Positions 29,892 to 38,165 of a stretch of DNA of 64,000 nucleotides are shown piece by piece. The stretch comes from Lachnospiraceae bacterium (GTDB lineage: Bacteria > Bacillota > Clostridia > Lachnospirales > Lachnospiraceae). Below the pieces are notes generated by a model. That model did no database searches. It worked only from the letters and a program-made list of their open reading frames with translations, and was not told where the DNA came from. How positions within the stretch are numbered: position 1 is the stretch's first letter; every line of letters begins with the position of its first letter. Made by a program: the position numbers and the translations under genes. Where the stretch lies: contig JAGASK010000006.1 in NCBI GenBank assembly GCA_017621815.1, forward strand, positions 4,085 to 68,084, written 5' to 3'.

Positions 29892-31094
29892 ATGAGTGAA
29901 GTGATTGTAACCCTGAAAAAAGGTGAAGGACGTACCATTAAAGCCGGCGGTATGTGGATATATGATAATGAAATTCAAAGTATTGTGGGAAGCTTTAAGA
30001 ACGGAGAAATTGTAACAGTTCATGATTTTGACGGTTATCCTATGGGGAAGGGCTTTATTAATCAGAATTCTAAAATCAGAATCCGCCTGATGACAAGAAA
30101 TGCCCGTCAGGAGATTGACAGGGAGTTTTTAAGGCAGCGTGTTAAGGATGCCTGGGAATATCGCAGGAAAACAGTTGATACCGGGAGCTGTCGTGTGATT
30201 TTCGGAGAAGCAGATTTTCTGCCCGGTCTTGTCATTGATAAATTTTCTGATGTATTAGTGGTGGAATCCCTTGCTCTTGGAATTGACAGGTTTAAGCTGC
30301 AGATAGTGGAGCTTTTAAAGGAAGTGCTTGCAGAGGATGGAATTATTATTAAAGGTGTTTATGAAAGAAGTGATGCCAAGGTAAGATTAAATGAAGGCAT
30401 GGAGCGCGTGAAAGGCTTTCTCGGCGAAGAATTTGATACCAATGTGGAAATTGTTGAGAATGGCGTCAGGTATATTGTGGATGTGAAGGACGGGCAGAAG
30501 ACAGGTTTTTTCCTTGACCAGAAATACAACAGACTGGCTGTTCAGAAGCTTTGCAGAGATGCCAGGGTTCTGGACTGCTTTACGCATACGGGTTCCTTTG
30601 CGCTGAATGCGGGCATTGCAGGAGCAAAGGAAGTTATCGGCGTGGACGCATCCCAGCTGGCAGTAGACCAGGCCACAGAGAATGCAAAATTAAACGGTCT
30701 TGAGGAGAGAGTAACCTTTTGGTGTCAGGATGTATTTGAACTGCTGCCGGAACTGGAAGCAAAAGGAGAAAAATTTGATGTGGTTATTTTAGACCCTCCC
30801 GCATTTACAAAATCCAGAAGTTCCGTTAAAAATGCCATAAAAGGCTACAGGGAAATTAATCTTCGCGCTATGAAGCTGGTAAAGGACGGCGGTTTTCTGG
30901 CAACCTGCTCCTGCTCTCATTTTATGTCCTATGAGTTGTTTACGGAAACCATTAATCAGGCGGCAAGAAATGTTCATAAGAGGCTGCGTCAGGTGGAATT
31001 CAGAACACAGGCTCCCGACCATCCGATTTTGTGGGCAGCGGATGAGTCTTATTATTTGAAGTTCTATATTTTTCAGGTGTGTGAGGAGAGATAA
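29892..31094 (+). CDS. class I SAM-dependent rRNA (cytosine-C5) methyltransferase, RlmI-like with N-terminal PUA domain
   Basis: PUA-like N-terminus (KKGEGRTIKAGGMWIYDNEI), DCFTHTGSFAL (SAM motif I), VILDPPAFTKS (motif IV) and ATCSCSHF. Confidence 0.85.
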   Translation: MSEVIVTLKKGEGRTIKAGGMWIYDNEIQSIVGSFKNGEIVTVHDFDGYPMGKGFINQNSKIRIRLMTRNARQEIDREFLRQRVKDAWEYRRKTVDTGSCRVIFGEADFLPGLVIDKFSDVLVVESLALGIDRFKLQIVELLKEVLAEDGIIIKGVYERSDAKVRLNEGMERVKGFLGEEFDTNVEIVENGVRYIVDVKDGQKTGFFLDQKYNRLAVQKLCRDARVLDCFTHTGSFALNAGIAGAKEVIGVDASQLAVDQATENAKLNGLEERVTFWCQDVFELLPELEAKGEKFDVVILDPPAFTKSRSSVKNAIKGYREINLRAMKLVKDGGFLATCSCSHFMSYELFTETINQAARNVHKRLRQVEFRTQAPDHPILWAADESYYLKFYIFQVCEER

Positions 31095-31242
31095 AAGTTA
31101 AAAATAACTCAGGCACATATTCTCGTAGGAATGCGGGAGTTTCTAAATCAATTGTTGGGAAGTAAATTAGGCAGCTTGAATATTTCTGTTAATGGTTGCC
31201 TGATTATGGGGTTAATGGTAATTTTTACCTGAACTTTTTAAA

Positions 31243-31289
31243 ATAGCCGGAGCGGATATGAATTATCAGCTTCGGCTATTCTTTTCTCA
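31243..31289 (+). terminator. rho-independent terminator about 150 nt downstream of rlmI-like gene
   Basis: 12-bp stem AATAGCCGGAGC (31243-31254) / GCTTCGGCTATT (31270-31281, one G-U pair), followed by CTTTTCTC. Confidence 0.55.
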
Positions 31290-31470
31290 TATTGTAAAAA
31301 CTGAGTCATATATACAGTAAATTTCCTGTACGTTTTGCTCCTTATAAACCGCAGTTTGTTTGTTGTTTTCTTTTTTAAAATTTTTACTTTGCTGAGTGTA
31401 TGAATAATGGCTGCAAAAAAAAGATACTATATAATCAAAGTATATAGACTAATATAAGGAGCAATAAGAA

Positions 31471-31674
31471 ATGAAATTATATGAATTAATTTATATTGTG
31501 GAAGATGAACAGCAGGAGCGTCTTTCCGAATTGGCAAGACGGTATGAAAAAATAAATGGATGGAAGGAAAAAGATATTCTGCAGTTTGGGGTCGTTGCTT
31601 TAAAAAAGAATATGGATTTAATATTAGAATTTTTAGAAATTACAGTAGAGCAATTGGAAAGTGAAAGAAGTTGA
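31471..31674 (+). CDS. hypothetical small protein (67 aa)
   Basis: ATG preceded by AAGGAG. No recognisable motif. Confidence 0.35.
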   Translation: MKLYELIYIVEDEQQERLSELARRYEKINGWKEKDILQFGVVALKKNMDLILEFLEITVEQLESERS

Positions 31675-31812
31675 TTGCATATGGAGGAGAATGGTATACT
31701 GTAATTGTATATGCATTCTCCATCCGCAGTTTTTAAAAGGATGCCCGGGATATTTGTATACATATATTAATGGCATGAATTGTCTTGTAAACAGAAGAAA
31801 CGGAGAATATTT

Positions 31813-32070
31813 ATGTTTGACTTTATGAAAGGAATTAAGAAAGATAAACAGTTGGATGAGATAATACGGCGAATCGAAATGAATGTCTCAAATAATTATA
31901 AGGATGCCGCCCAATTGAACTTAAAGGAGTTTGAAGCAGTATTTGAAGAACTTAAGACAGCGGGTAAAATTAATAGTAAACAAATGGCATATTACAGCGA
32001 AAGACTGTCATCTTTTAAAGAACAAATGCAGAATTTTACTCATAAGGACCAGAAACCTACCTGGGTATAG
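31813..32070 (+). CDS. hypothetical small protein (85 aa)
   Basis: ATG at 31813 after ACGGAGA. Predicted helical and charged, with no recognisable motif. Confidence 0.35.
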   Translation: MFDFMKGIKKDKQLDEIIRRIEMNVSNNYKDAAQLNLKEFEAVFEELKTAGKINSKQMAYYSERLSSFKEQMQNFTHKDQKPTWV

Positions 32071-32207
32071 ATGGAAAAACCTTTATATAGGATATTTGAC
32101 AAAGCGGTAACTGAATTATATTATGCAAATGAGGAATTGAATTCCGAAAATGTATAAAGTTGAAATTATAAATTAGTTCCGGTTGAATGTATATAAGGAG
32201 ATTTATC

Positions 32208-33074
32208 ATGTTTTTAGATGTTATAGCAGATACATTAATAGATGCTTTAAAGCTTTTGCCCTTTCTTTTTGTGACTTATCTGGTGATGGAATACATTGAG
32301 CATAAGGCGGGGGATAAGGCGGAAGAAATGGTTCAGAAGGCAGGAAGATTCGGACCGTTTATCGGCAGCATACTTGGGGTGGTTCCCCAGTGCGGTTTTT
32401 CTGCTGCGGCTTCAAATCTGTATGCCGGCAGAATTATTACTCTCGGGACATTACTTTCCATTTATCTTTCCACATCAGATGAAATGCTTCCCATCTTCAT
32501 TTCAGAGCAGGTGCCGATTCTTACTATTCTGCGGATTCTCGGAATTAAGGTACTGATTGGTATGGCTGCAGGATTTGCCATTGACTTGGTGATAAGGAAG
32601 AAGCATAATGATGGGTCAGAGCATGAGCATTTGAAGATAGAAGAAATGTGCGACCACCAGCATTGCCATTGCGGGGAAGGGAAAATATGGAAATCAGCGC
32701 TCAGCCATACCCTGCAGATAATTTTCTTTATTATTGTTGTTTCATTTGTGCTTAATCTTTTAATTGAAGTCATAGGAGAGGACAGCCTTTCAGCTGTTTT
32801 AAGCGGCAGGCCGGTTATTGGCTGTATGCTGGCAGGAATTATAGGATTGATACCAAACTGTGCAGCATCTGTAGTTTTAACACAGCTGTATCTGGAAGGA
32901 ATGTTAAGTGCCGGTTCCATGATAGCCGGACTTCTGGTTGGCGCCGGAGTGGGATTGCTTGTTTTGTTCAGGGTCAATGAAAATCTAAAGGAAAACCTTA
33001 AGATAACCGTACTGCTCTATGGGATAGGAGTAGTTTCGGGAATTCTAATAGAAACAGCCGGTCTTGTTTTTTAG
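32208..33074 (+). CDS. polytopic membrane protein, putative metal-ion transporter (ArsP_2/DUF2899-like)
   Basis: ATG after AAGGAG. About 8-10 TM segments with a central His/Cys-rich loop (HNDGSEHEHLKIEEMCDHQHCHCGEGK) and duplicated PQCGFSAAAS / PNCAASVV motifs. The family name is from memory only. Confidence 0.55.
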   Translation: MFLDVIADTLIDALKLLPFLFVTYLVMEYIEHKAGDKAEEMVQKAGRFGPFIGSILGVVPQCGFSAAASNLYAGRIITLGTLLSIYLSTSDEMLPIFISEQVPILTILRILGIKVLIGMAAGFAIDLVIRKKHNDGSEHEHLKIEEMCDHQHCHCGEGKIWKSALSHTLQIIFFIIVVSFVLNLLIEVIGEDSLSAVLSGRPVIGCMLAGIIGLIPNCAASVVLTQLYLEGMLSAGSMIAGLLVGAGVGLLVLFRVNENLKENLKITVLLYGIGVVSGILIETAGLVF

Positions 33075-33139
33075 ACCGGCTGTCTCAAAAAGGGGGATAC
33101 AATCTCGCTGCTAAGGCTTTTCACAGCGAGGTAGCAAGC

Positions 33140-34942
33140 TTAAATTTGAAGATTTTTCAGGCGGTAAAATTCACCCTTTAATTCCATTAATTCATCATAG
33201 GTTCCGAATTCTACCAATCCGCCGTTCCCAACAACGGCGATTTTATCGGCATCCCGAATGGTTGAGAGCCGGTGGGCCACAATTAAGGTGGTACGGTCCT
33301 GGACCAGATTGTGAATCGCTTCCTGTATTTTTTTCTCAGAAATAGTATCCAGCGCAGAAGTTGCTTCATCGAGGATTAAAATCCTGGGATTTCTGATGAA
33401 AGCCCTGGCAATGGAAATACGTTGTCTTTGTCCTCCGGATAAATTGCTTCCGTGTTCCGTAATCATAGTTTCAAGGCCATCAGGAAGAGAGTTAATCAGT
33501 TCTTCCAGATTTGCAGCTTTAATTACTTTATTCAGCAGTTCATCGGAGATATTATCCATGCCGTAAGTAATGTTTTCGCGGATGGTTCCTGAGAATAAAA
33601 TGGACTGCTGGGGAACCACTGCTATATGGGAACGATAGCTTTGCAGGTTTAAAGTGGTTAAATCCATGCCGTCAATCAATACTTTACCGGAATTAGCTTT
33701 TATAAATCCGATTACCATATTGAGAATCGTTGTTTTACCTGCTCCGGAGCTTCCCACAAATGCGATGGTTTCTCCTGCATTAATACGGAAGCTTAAATCC
33801 GAAAGCACGGGAGTATCTGCATCGGGATATTGAAAGGTCACATGGTCAAATGCAATGTCACCTGTAATATTTTTAACTTTTCTTTTATTTCTATTGTCCT
33901 CTATATCATGGCTTAACAATATGTCTCCAATAGAATCCACGGATTCAAGCCCCTTTGAAATCGTGGGCAGAAGAGTGATGACGTTGGATACCTGATTGAC
34001 AATGCTGGAAAAGTAGGTCTGATACATAACTACTTCACCTACAGATATTTTTCCCCTGGATGCCAGATATCCGGTAAAGCCAAGGCAGATAACCTGAAAC
34101 AGCTGAAAACAAACCCAGCTGACAGAGGAGAAATAAGTCTGTATCATATCCAGCTTAAGCCCTTTTTCTGCCACATGCCCTAATTGATTATCCATCTTTT
34201 TTGTTTCCTGTTTTTCCAGTGCATGAGCCCTGGTAACGGGAATCAGTTCAACCATTTCCATGACTCTTACAGAGGTTTCTTCCATTTCACGACGGAAATC
34301 AGAGTTATAACGTTTAATTTTGCTTTTAAATGTTACCATCAGGCAGACGGCAACGGGAATTGTGGCGACAAAAAACAAAAACACGGTAATGCTTTTAAAA
34401 ATTACAACTCCGAACGCCACACAGATATTTAGCAAAATACTCAGCACGGTAATAAATATCTGTGAGGAAAGGGTTTCAATCTGCTCCACATCACGCATGA
34501 TTTTCGACTGGAGACGTCCTGACTGCATTTCATTGTGGTAGGTGATGGATAATTGCTGCAGCTTTCTTACCAGTGAGCTTCTAAGCCCCTGTTCCACTCC
34601 GCGCACCGTTTTGGCATAAAGCCATGTATGTATATAATTGGAAAAGACATTCTGTATTACAAAGAATGACATTATCAGTATGTTAATCAGTATAATTGTT
34701 CCGGAATTGTCCGGCTTGTTTGTAGCTGTATTAATAATATTGGAGGTAACAATAGGAAGTACCCATACAGGAGAATGTTTTACCGCAAAAAACATAATGG
34801 AGAGAAACAGCTTAAGGTAATGGCCCTTGTAAATACCCAGAAGTATTTTAAGGCTGTTCCCCTCGTTTCGCTTAAAGGTTTCTAAAAGCGCTTTCTCGGA
34901 AGCGTCCAGGTCAATTGCTTCCGGCTGCGTAAAATTTTTCAT
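33140..34942 (-). CDS. ABC exporter, fused permease/ATPase (MsbA/type-I exporter-like)
   Basis: 600 aa. Six N-terminal TM segments, Walker A GSSGAGKTT, signature LSGGQRQR and Walker B ILILDEATS. Confidence 0.9.
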   Translation of the reverse strand: MKNFTQPEAIDLDASEKALLETFKRNEGNSLKILLGIYKGHYLKLFLSIMFFAVKHSPVWVLPIVTSNIINTATNKPDNSGTIILINILIMSFFVIQNVFSNYIHTWLYAKTVRGVEQGLRSSLVRKLQQLSITYHNEMQSGRLQSKIMRDVEQIETLSSQIFITVLSILLNICVAFGVVIFKSITVFLFFVATIPVAVCLMVTFKSKIKRYNSDFRREMEETSVRVMEMVELIPVTRAHALEKQETKKMDNQLGHVAEKGLKLDMIQTYFSSVSWVCFQLFQVICLGFTGYLASRGKISVGEVVMYQTYFSSIVNQVSNVITLLPTISKGLESVDSIGDILLSHDIEDNRNKRKVKNITGDIAFDHVTFQYPDADTPVLSDLSFRINAGETIAFVGSSGAGKTTILNMVIGFIKANSGKVLIDGMDLTTLNLQSYRSHIAVVPQQSILFSGTIRENITYGMDNISDELLNKVIKAANLEELINSLPDGLETMITEHGSNLSGGQRQRISIARAFIRNPRILILDEATSALDTISEKKIQEAIHNLVQDRTTLIVAHRLSTIRDADKIAVVGNGGLVEFGTYDELMELKGEFYRLKNLQI

Positions 34943-34968
34943 AATACTATCCTCAAAATTATTTTATA

Positions 34969-35898
34969 TTATAAACTGTCGTAATATTTTTTTACTACAG
35001 CCTGTGCAGGCTTTTCGTAAATGTCATAGCTGCCGTGATGCTCGGCCCTGCAGGGAGGATATTGTTTCCATGCCCAGTCCCAGAGACAGAATCCTTCTAC
35101 CCAGGAGCGTTTTTTGCAGGCTTCAAACATAGCGGTATACCAGTCAGCCTGTTCTTTTAAGTTTACTTCACCTGTCATAGTCCAGTCATTAGGCGCTTTT
35201 GAGGAGCCTTCTGTAGACATACAGCCGCATTCGGAAAAGAAAAAGGGTTTATTAAATTTTTTTACGACTTTTTCAATACGGTCAAGCTCCTGCTCCCAGT
35301 CTTTTAAAGGATAGTAGCCGCTTGAAGATATGATATCCACACAATCCCACCAGGTAATATTGTCTTCCTGATATTTATCGGTATTGTAAGATACAGGACC
35401 GGAATAAACTGATTTAATGTCGGCAATCAGCTTGCGCCATTCAGCTTCCCGTCTTTCACTCATGACCATTTCACAGCCTGCAAGAAACATCTCGCAATTT
35501 GTCTCTTCAGCGATTTTTGCATAGTGCAGCTGGAATTCGGTATAAGCAGCAAACCAGTTGCGCCATTTTGGTTCACAATGCACATCCTTATCAAAGAAAT
35601 TGATATAAGCCCTCCAGGTTCCGTTTTTACAGTTTGCTGTGGGCTTCAGCGCTACCTGCAGACCGATTTCATGGGCATAATTTATCATGGCTGTCAGTTC
35701 GTCATCTGACATTGTTGCGTCAGTAGTATAAAAAATCTCTTCTGATTGGGGGGTTTCCTGCAGACCGTTAGGAACCAGGGTAATAAAATTGGCTCCGGTT
35801 TTTTCTTTCAGGTTATTTAAACTATCGTAAGCTTCTTTAGTTTCAAAACTGCCTTTGTGCGCAAAAGGCGCAAAAGTAACCCCTTTAATAAATTGCAT
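34969..35898 (-). CDS. TIM-barrel glycoside hydrolase (clan GH-A; GH113/GH5-like)
   Basis: 309 aa with no signal peptide. The pattern GANFITLVP, ...W.NWF and FFSECGCMS (candidate nucleophile Glu) resembles (beta/alpha)8 clan-A hydrolases. The family assignment is tentative. Confidence 0.5.
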   Translation of the reverse strand: MQFIKGVTFAPFAHKGSFETKEAYDSLNNLKEKTGANFITLVPNGLQETPQSEEIFYTTDATMSDDELTAMINYAHEIGLQVALKPTANCKNGTWRAYINFFDKDVHCEPKWRNWFAAYTEFQLHYAKIAEETNCEMFLAGCEMVMSERREAEWRKLIADIKSVYSGPVSYNTDKYQEDNITWWDCVDIISSSGYYPLKDWEQELDRIEKVVKKFNKPFFFSECGCMSTEGSSKAPNDWTMTGEVNLKEQADWYTAMFEACKKRSWVEGFCLWDWAWKQYPPCRAEHHGSYDIYEKPAQAVVKKYYDSL

Positions 35899-36037
35899 AA
35901 ATCAGACTCCCTTCTTGTAAAACTGATATTATTTTGATTTTATAAAAAATATAGCACTTTTATTGTTTATTCGCTATAATATAGCTGTGCAAAAATTGTA
36001 AAAATCTATTTGAAAAAATACAGTAAGAGGTGACAGA

Positions 36038-36931
36038 ATGCAATATTTGTTTGAATACAGTGATACATTAAATTCACCTTATGAAGCGTTTTTATATGAT
36101 ACAACAGTAAAAAGCTTTCCCGTCAGGCCCCACTGGCATTATTTCATGGAAATTATTTATATGAAAGAGGGAACAGGGCTTATAGAATGCGATGGCAGCA
36201 GTTATATTGTGGAAAGAGGTGATATGATTTTATTTCATCCTGAAGCAGTGCATGCTATATATACGGCTACTAATTTTCCTTTAAAATATGAAGTTATTAA
36301 ATTTGATGTGAACAGGCTGTATACAGAAAACAGTTATGCACCGAAACTGCGCATTATTTTAGGAAGTGCAAATAAGAACAGGAATGCACCTATTTATTTT
36401 AAGGAAGAGGATATCAGAAACCTTCCTATTGCAGAGTTGTTTGAGGAGTGCCGCAGAGAACTGGAACATAAAGATTATGGTTATGATATTATCGTTCATA
36501 ATAAAATTTGCTATTTGCTGGTGCATTTAATCAGAATATGGAGAGAAAAAGGATTTGACACTGATGTGGCAGCGGTACATTCTTCAGAGGTGGATTCTAT
36601 ACATGCAATTACCGAGTATATAGATGCCCATGTGGGAGAGCCCATTAAGGTGGAAGAACTGGCGGATATGTGCAACATGAGCTATTCCTATTTTGCCAAG
36701 AATTTTAAGCAGTATTATGGCAGGTCCTGCAAGGAATATATCGAGTTTATCCGCATTTGCAAAGCGGAAGACCTTCTTCTTTTTACTGATTTTGATTTGA
36801 GTTATATCAGTCAGGAAACGGGGTTTGCGGACAGCAGTCATTTGATAAAAATATTTAAGAAATGGAAAGGGGTTACACCCAAGCAGTTTAAGATACAGCA
36901 TGTGAAGACAAGTCAAGGGCAGGAGGAGTAA
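36038..36931 (+). CDS. AraC-family transcriptional regulator (cupin sensor + HTH)
   Basis: N-terminal cupin (HWHYFMEIIYMKEGTG) and C-terminal double HTH (ELADMCNMSYSYFAKNFKQYYG...GFADSSHLIKIFKKWKGVTP). Divergent from the GH gene. Confidence 0.9.
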   Translation: MQYLFEYSDTLNSPYEAFLYDTTVKSFPVRPHWHYFMEIIYMKEGTGLIECDGSSYIVERGDMILFHPEAVHAIYTATNFPLKYEVIKFDVNRLYTENSYAPKLRIILGSANKNRNAPIYFKEEDIRNLPIAELFEECRRELEHKDYGYDIIVHNKICYLLVHLIRIWREKGFDTDVAAVHSSEVDSIHAITEYIDAHVGEPIKVEELADMCNMSYSYFAKNFKQYYGRSCKEYIEFIRICKAEDLLLFTDFDLSYISQETGFADSSHLIKIFKKWKGVTPKQFKIQHVKTSQGQEE

Positions 36932-36941
36932 GCGGGGTATG

Positions 36942-37020
36942 TGCGCTGCAATGCATGGGTGCTTCGATTACGCTGCGCTGCAATTCACGAGTGCTTCGAT
37001 TACGCTGCGCTGCATCTCAG
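36942..37020. repeat. GC-rich 32-bp tandem repeat, about 2.4 copies
   Basis: TGCGCTGCAATGCATGGGTGCTTCGATTACGC (36942-36973) and TGCGCTGCAATTCACGAGTGCTTCGATTACGC (36974-37005), then a partial TGCGCTGCATCTCAG. Confidence 0.8.
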
Positions 37021-37047
37021 TCGCGGGCGTCGCCCTATCATTCAAGA

Positions 37048-37094
37048 AAAAGACAGTAACCTTAGTGTGCAAGCACCCACGGTCACTGTCTTTT
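37048..37094 (+). terminator. long hairpin (14-bp stem, one mismatch), possible AraC-gene terminator
   Basis: AAAAGACAGTAACC (37048-37061) pairs with GGTCACTGTCTTTT (37081-37094). The loop contains the mini-palindrome GTGCAAGCAC. Confidence 0.4.
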
Positions 37095-37124
37095 CCTCAA
37101 ATGGCATGGCTCATGCCTTGCGCG

Positions 37125-37219
37125 CAAAAAAAGCACCATCCCCAAGGAGTCTTGTCCTCAAAAATGGTACTTATAAGTGCACCGCCAGGGGCTCGAACCC
37201 TGGACACCCTGATTAAGAG
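37125..37219. repeat. attL: orphan copy of tRNA-Lys 3' 42 nt plus downstream terminator (95-nt direct repeat)
   Basis: Identical to 40865-40959 except T (37174) versus C (40914). It ends exactly at the first nucleotide of the anticodon loop. Confidence 0.85.
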
Positions 37220-37264
37220 GTATAATTGTAATTTTATTTATTTGTTTTATGGAGGTATTAGTGT

Positions 37265-37627
37265 ATGCAACAATGTAATGGCAATTGTTTAGAATGTGTC
37301 TTTGATGATTGTATGTGTGATTTTGAAAACAAACATACAATTGAAGAGTCAAATAATATTGAAATTCAAATTTTGAAATCGCGTGTTGGTGAAAGAAAAA
37401 CCTCTTTTACATCAGATAGTTATTTTGTAAATAGAGAAAAAAACTTAGCGCGTCAGAAAGATTATTATTTGCGTAATAGGGAAGCAAGATTATCTTATCA
37501 AAAAAGACGATATTATCAGCAAAGGGATAAGTTGTTAGCTTATCAAAAATTACGTTATTGGCAAAATAGAGAAAAGTTGTTAGCATATCAAAAAAAATAC
37601 AATGCTGAACACAGGGCAGAAAGTTGA
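37265..37627 (+). CDS. hypothetical protein, Cys-rich N-terminus plus tandem basic Y/Q/K repeats
   Basis: 120 aa with the RBS GGAGGT. N-terminus CNGNCLECVFDDCMCD. The C-terminus is an internally repeated basic helix (RDKLLAYQKLRYWQN / REKLLAYQKKYNAEH), and the repeat is also visible at nucleotide level. Confidence 0.5.
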   Translation: MQQCNGNCLECVFDDCMCDFENKHTIEESNNIEIQILKSRVGERKTSFTSDSYFVNREKNLARQKDYYLRNREARLSYQKRRYYQQRDKLLAYQKLRYWQNREKLLAYQKKYNAEHRAES

Positions 37628-37647
37628 TTTTTGGTAAGTGTAGCGTT

Positions 37648-37814
37648 GTCAAGGGTTTAAGGGTTACCGTCCCTTGACATAAGCGAAACGGTTATATACT
37701 ATTTGTTGGGGGATGGTTTTACCATTCCCCTTGATTACACATTTAGCGCAAAGCTCCGGTTATCCCCTCATTTTATTTATTTGTTAAACTTGATGGGGAA
37801 TGAGGGGCTTTTTT
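37648..37814 (+). other. cluster of three G/C-tract hairpins in a non-coding stretch of the element (candidate sso / structured RNA)
   Basis: Hairpin 1: GTCAAGGG (37648-37655) / CCCTTGAC (37671-37678). Hairpin 2: GGGGGATGGT (37708-37717) / ACCATTCCCC (37721-37730, one G-U pair). Hairpin 3: CCCCTCATT (37764-37772) / AATGAGGGG (37799-37807), followed by CTTTTTT. Confidence 0.5.
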
Positions 37815-37864
37815 GTACTTTTTGCTTATATAATGATAAAATAAGGAAATTAAGGAGTATAGTG

Positions 37865-38077
37865 GTGAGAAAATTTGTAAATAATTCTAAAAGTCCTCTT
37901 GAGAAAATGCAGGAGTTGTGTATTGCAAATAATATTTATCGTTTTTGTGATTTGTCTGATTATTTATCAAAAAACCGTCCTGATTTATTGAGAATTTTAT
38001 GTAATTCTAATTCTTGTGTTTATTATATGTGTAAATTTCTGGAGAAGCGTTATTGGAAATTAATTAATCATAAATAG
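37865..38077 (+). CDS. hypothetical small protein (~70 aa)
   Basis: GTG at 37865, 7 nt after AAGGAG. The longer track ORF (TTG 37703) would run through the hairpin cluster and is disfavoured. Cys-rich sequence (CIANNIYRFC...CNSNSCVYYMC). Confidence 0.35.
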   Translation: MRKFVNNSKSPLEKMQELCIANNIYRFCDLSDYLSKNRPDLLRILCNSNSCVYYMCKFLEKRYWKLINHK

Positions 38078-38119
38078 TATTTTTAAGGTGTTTTTATATT
38101 GTTTATAGTCGATTAATAT

Positions 38120-38161
38120 AGCCACCTGGCACGCGTTAGCGACAGCACGCGGGCGGTGGCT
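38120..38161. terminator. GC-rich hairpin between convergent element genes (bidirectional terminator candidate)
   Basis: AGCCACC (38120-38126) / GGTGGCT (38155-38161) with a GC-rich 28-nt loop, flanked by T-rich sequence on both strands. Confidence 0.45.
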
Positions 38162-38165
38162 TTAT

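Noticed and set aside
29681-29899. 72-aa ORF in the MFS/rlmI intergenic region, and likewise 29328-29777.
   Set aside because: It overlaps the palindromic regulatory-looking sequence, has no RBS and has an implausible composition.
32071-32207. yybP-ykoY (Mn) or other metal riboswitch upstream of the putative metal transporter.
   Set aside because: I could not find the conserved GGGGAGTAG/CTTGACA-type cores or a terminator. The region looks like plain AT-rich promoter DNA.
36942-37020. A possible CRISPR array.
   Set aside because: There are only 2.4 directly abutting copies with no spacers and no cas genes in the window. It is a tandem repeat, not a CRISPR array.
37178-37219. A possible second tRNA-Lys gene at the left end of the element.
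   Set aside because: Only the 3' 42 nt (anticodon loop to acceptor 3' strand) are present. There is no D-arm or 5' acceptor strand upstream. It is the attL remnant, not a gene.
36939-37292. Track ORFs 36939-37292 (117 aa) and 36941-37216 (91 aa) in the AraC/attL gap.
   Set aside because: They translate a GC-rich tandem repeat, a long hairpin and then the orphan tRNA-Lys 3' fragment. They have no RBS, and their frame content is dictated by the repeats. I treat them as non-coding.
37703-37864. The N-terminal 54 codons of track ORF 37703-38077 (TTG start).
   Set aside because: This part overlaps two of the three strong hairpins and has no RBS. A GTG at 37865 with AAGGAG 7 nt upstream is a better start, so the upstream part is treated as non-coding.
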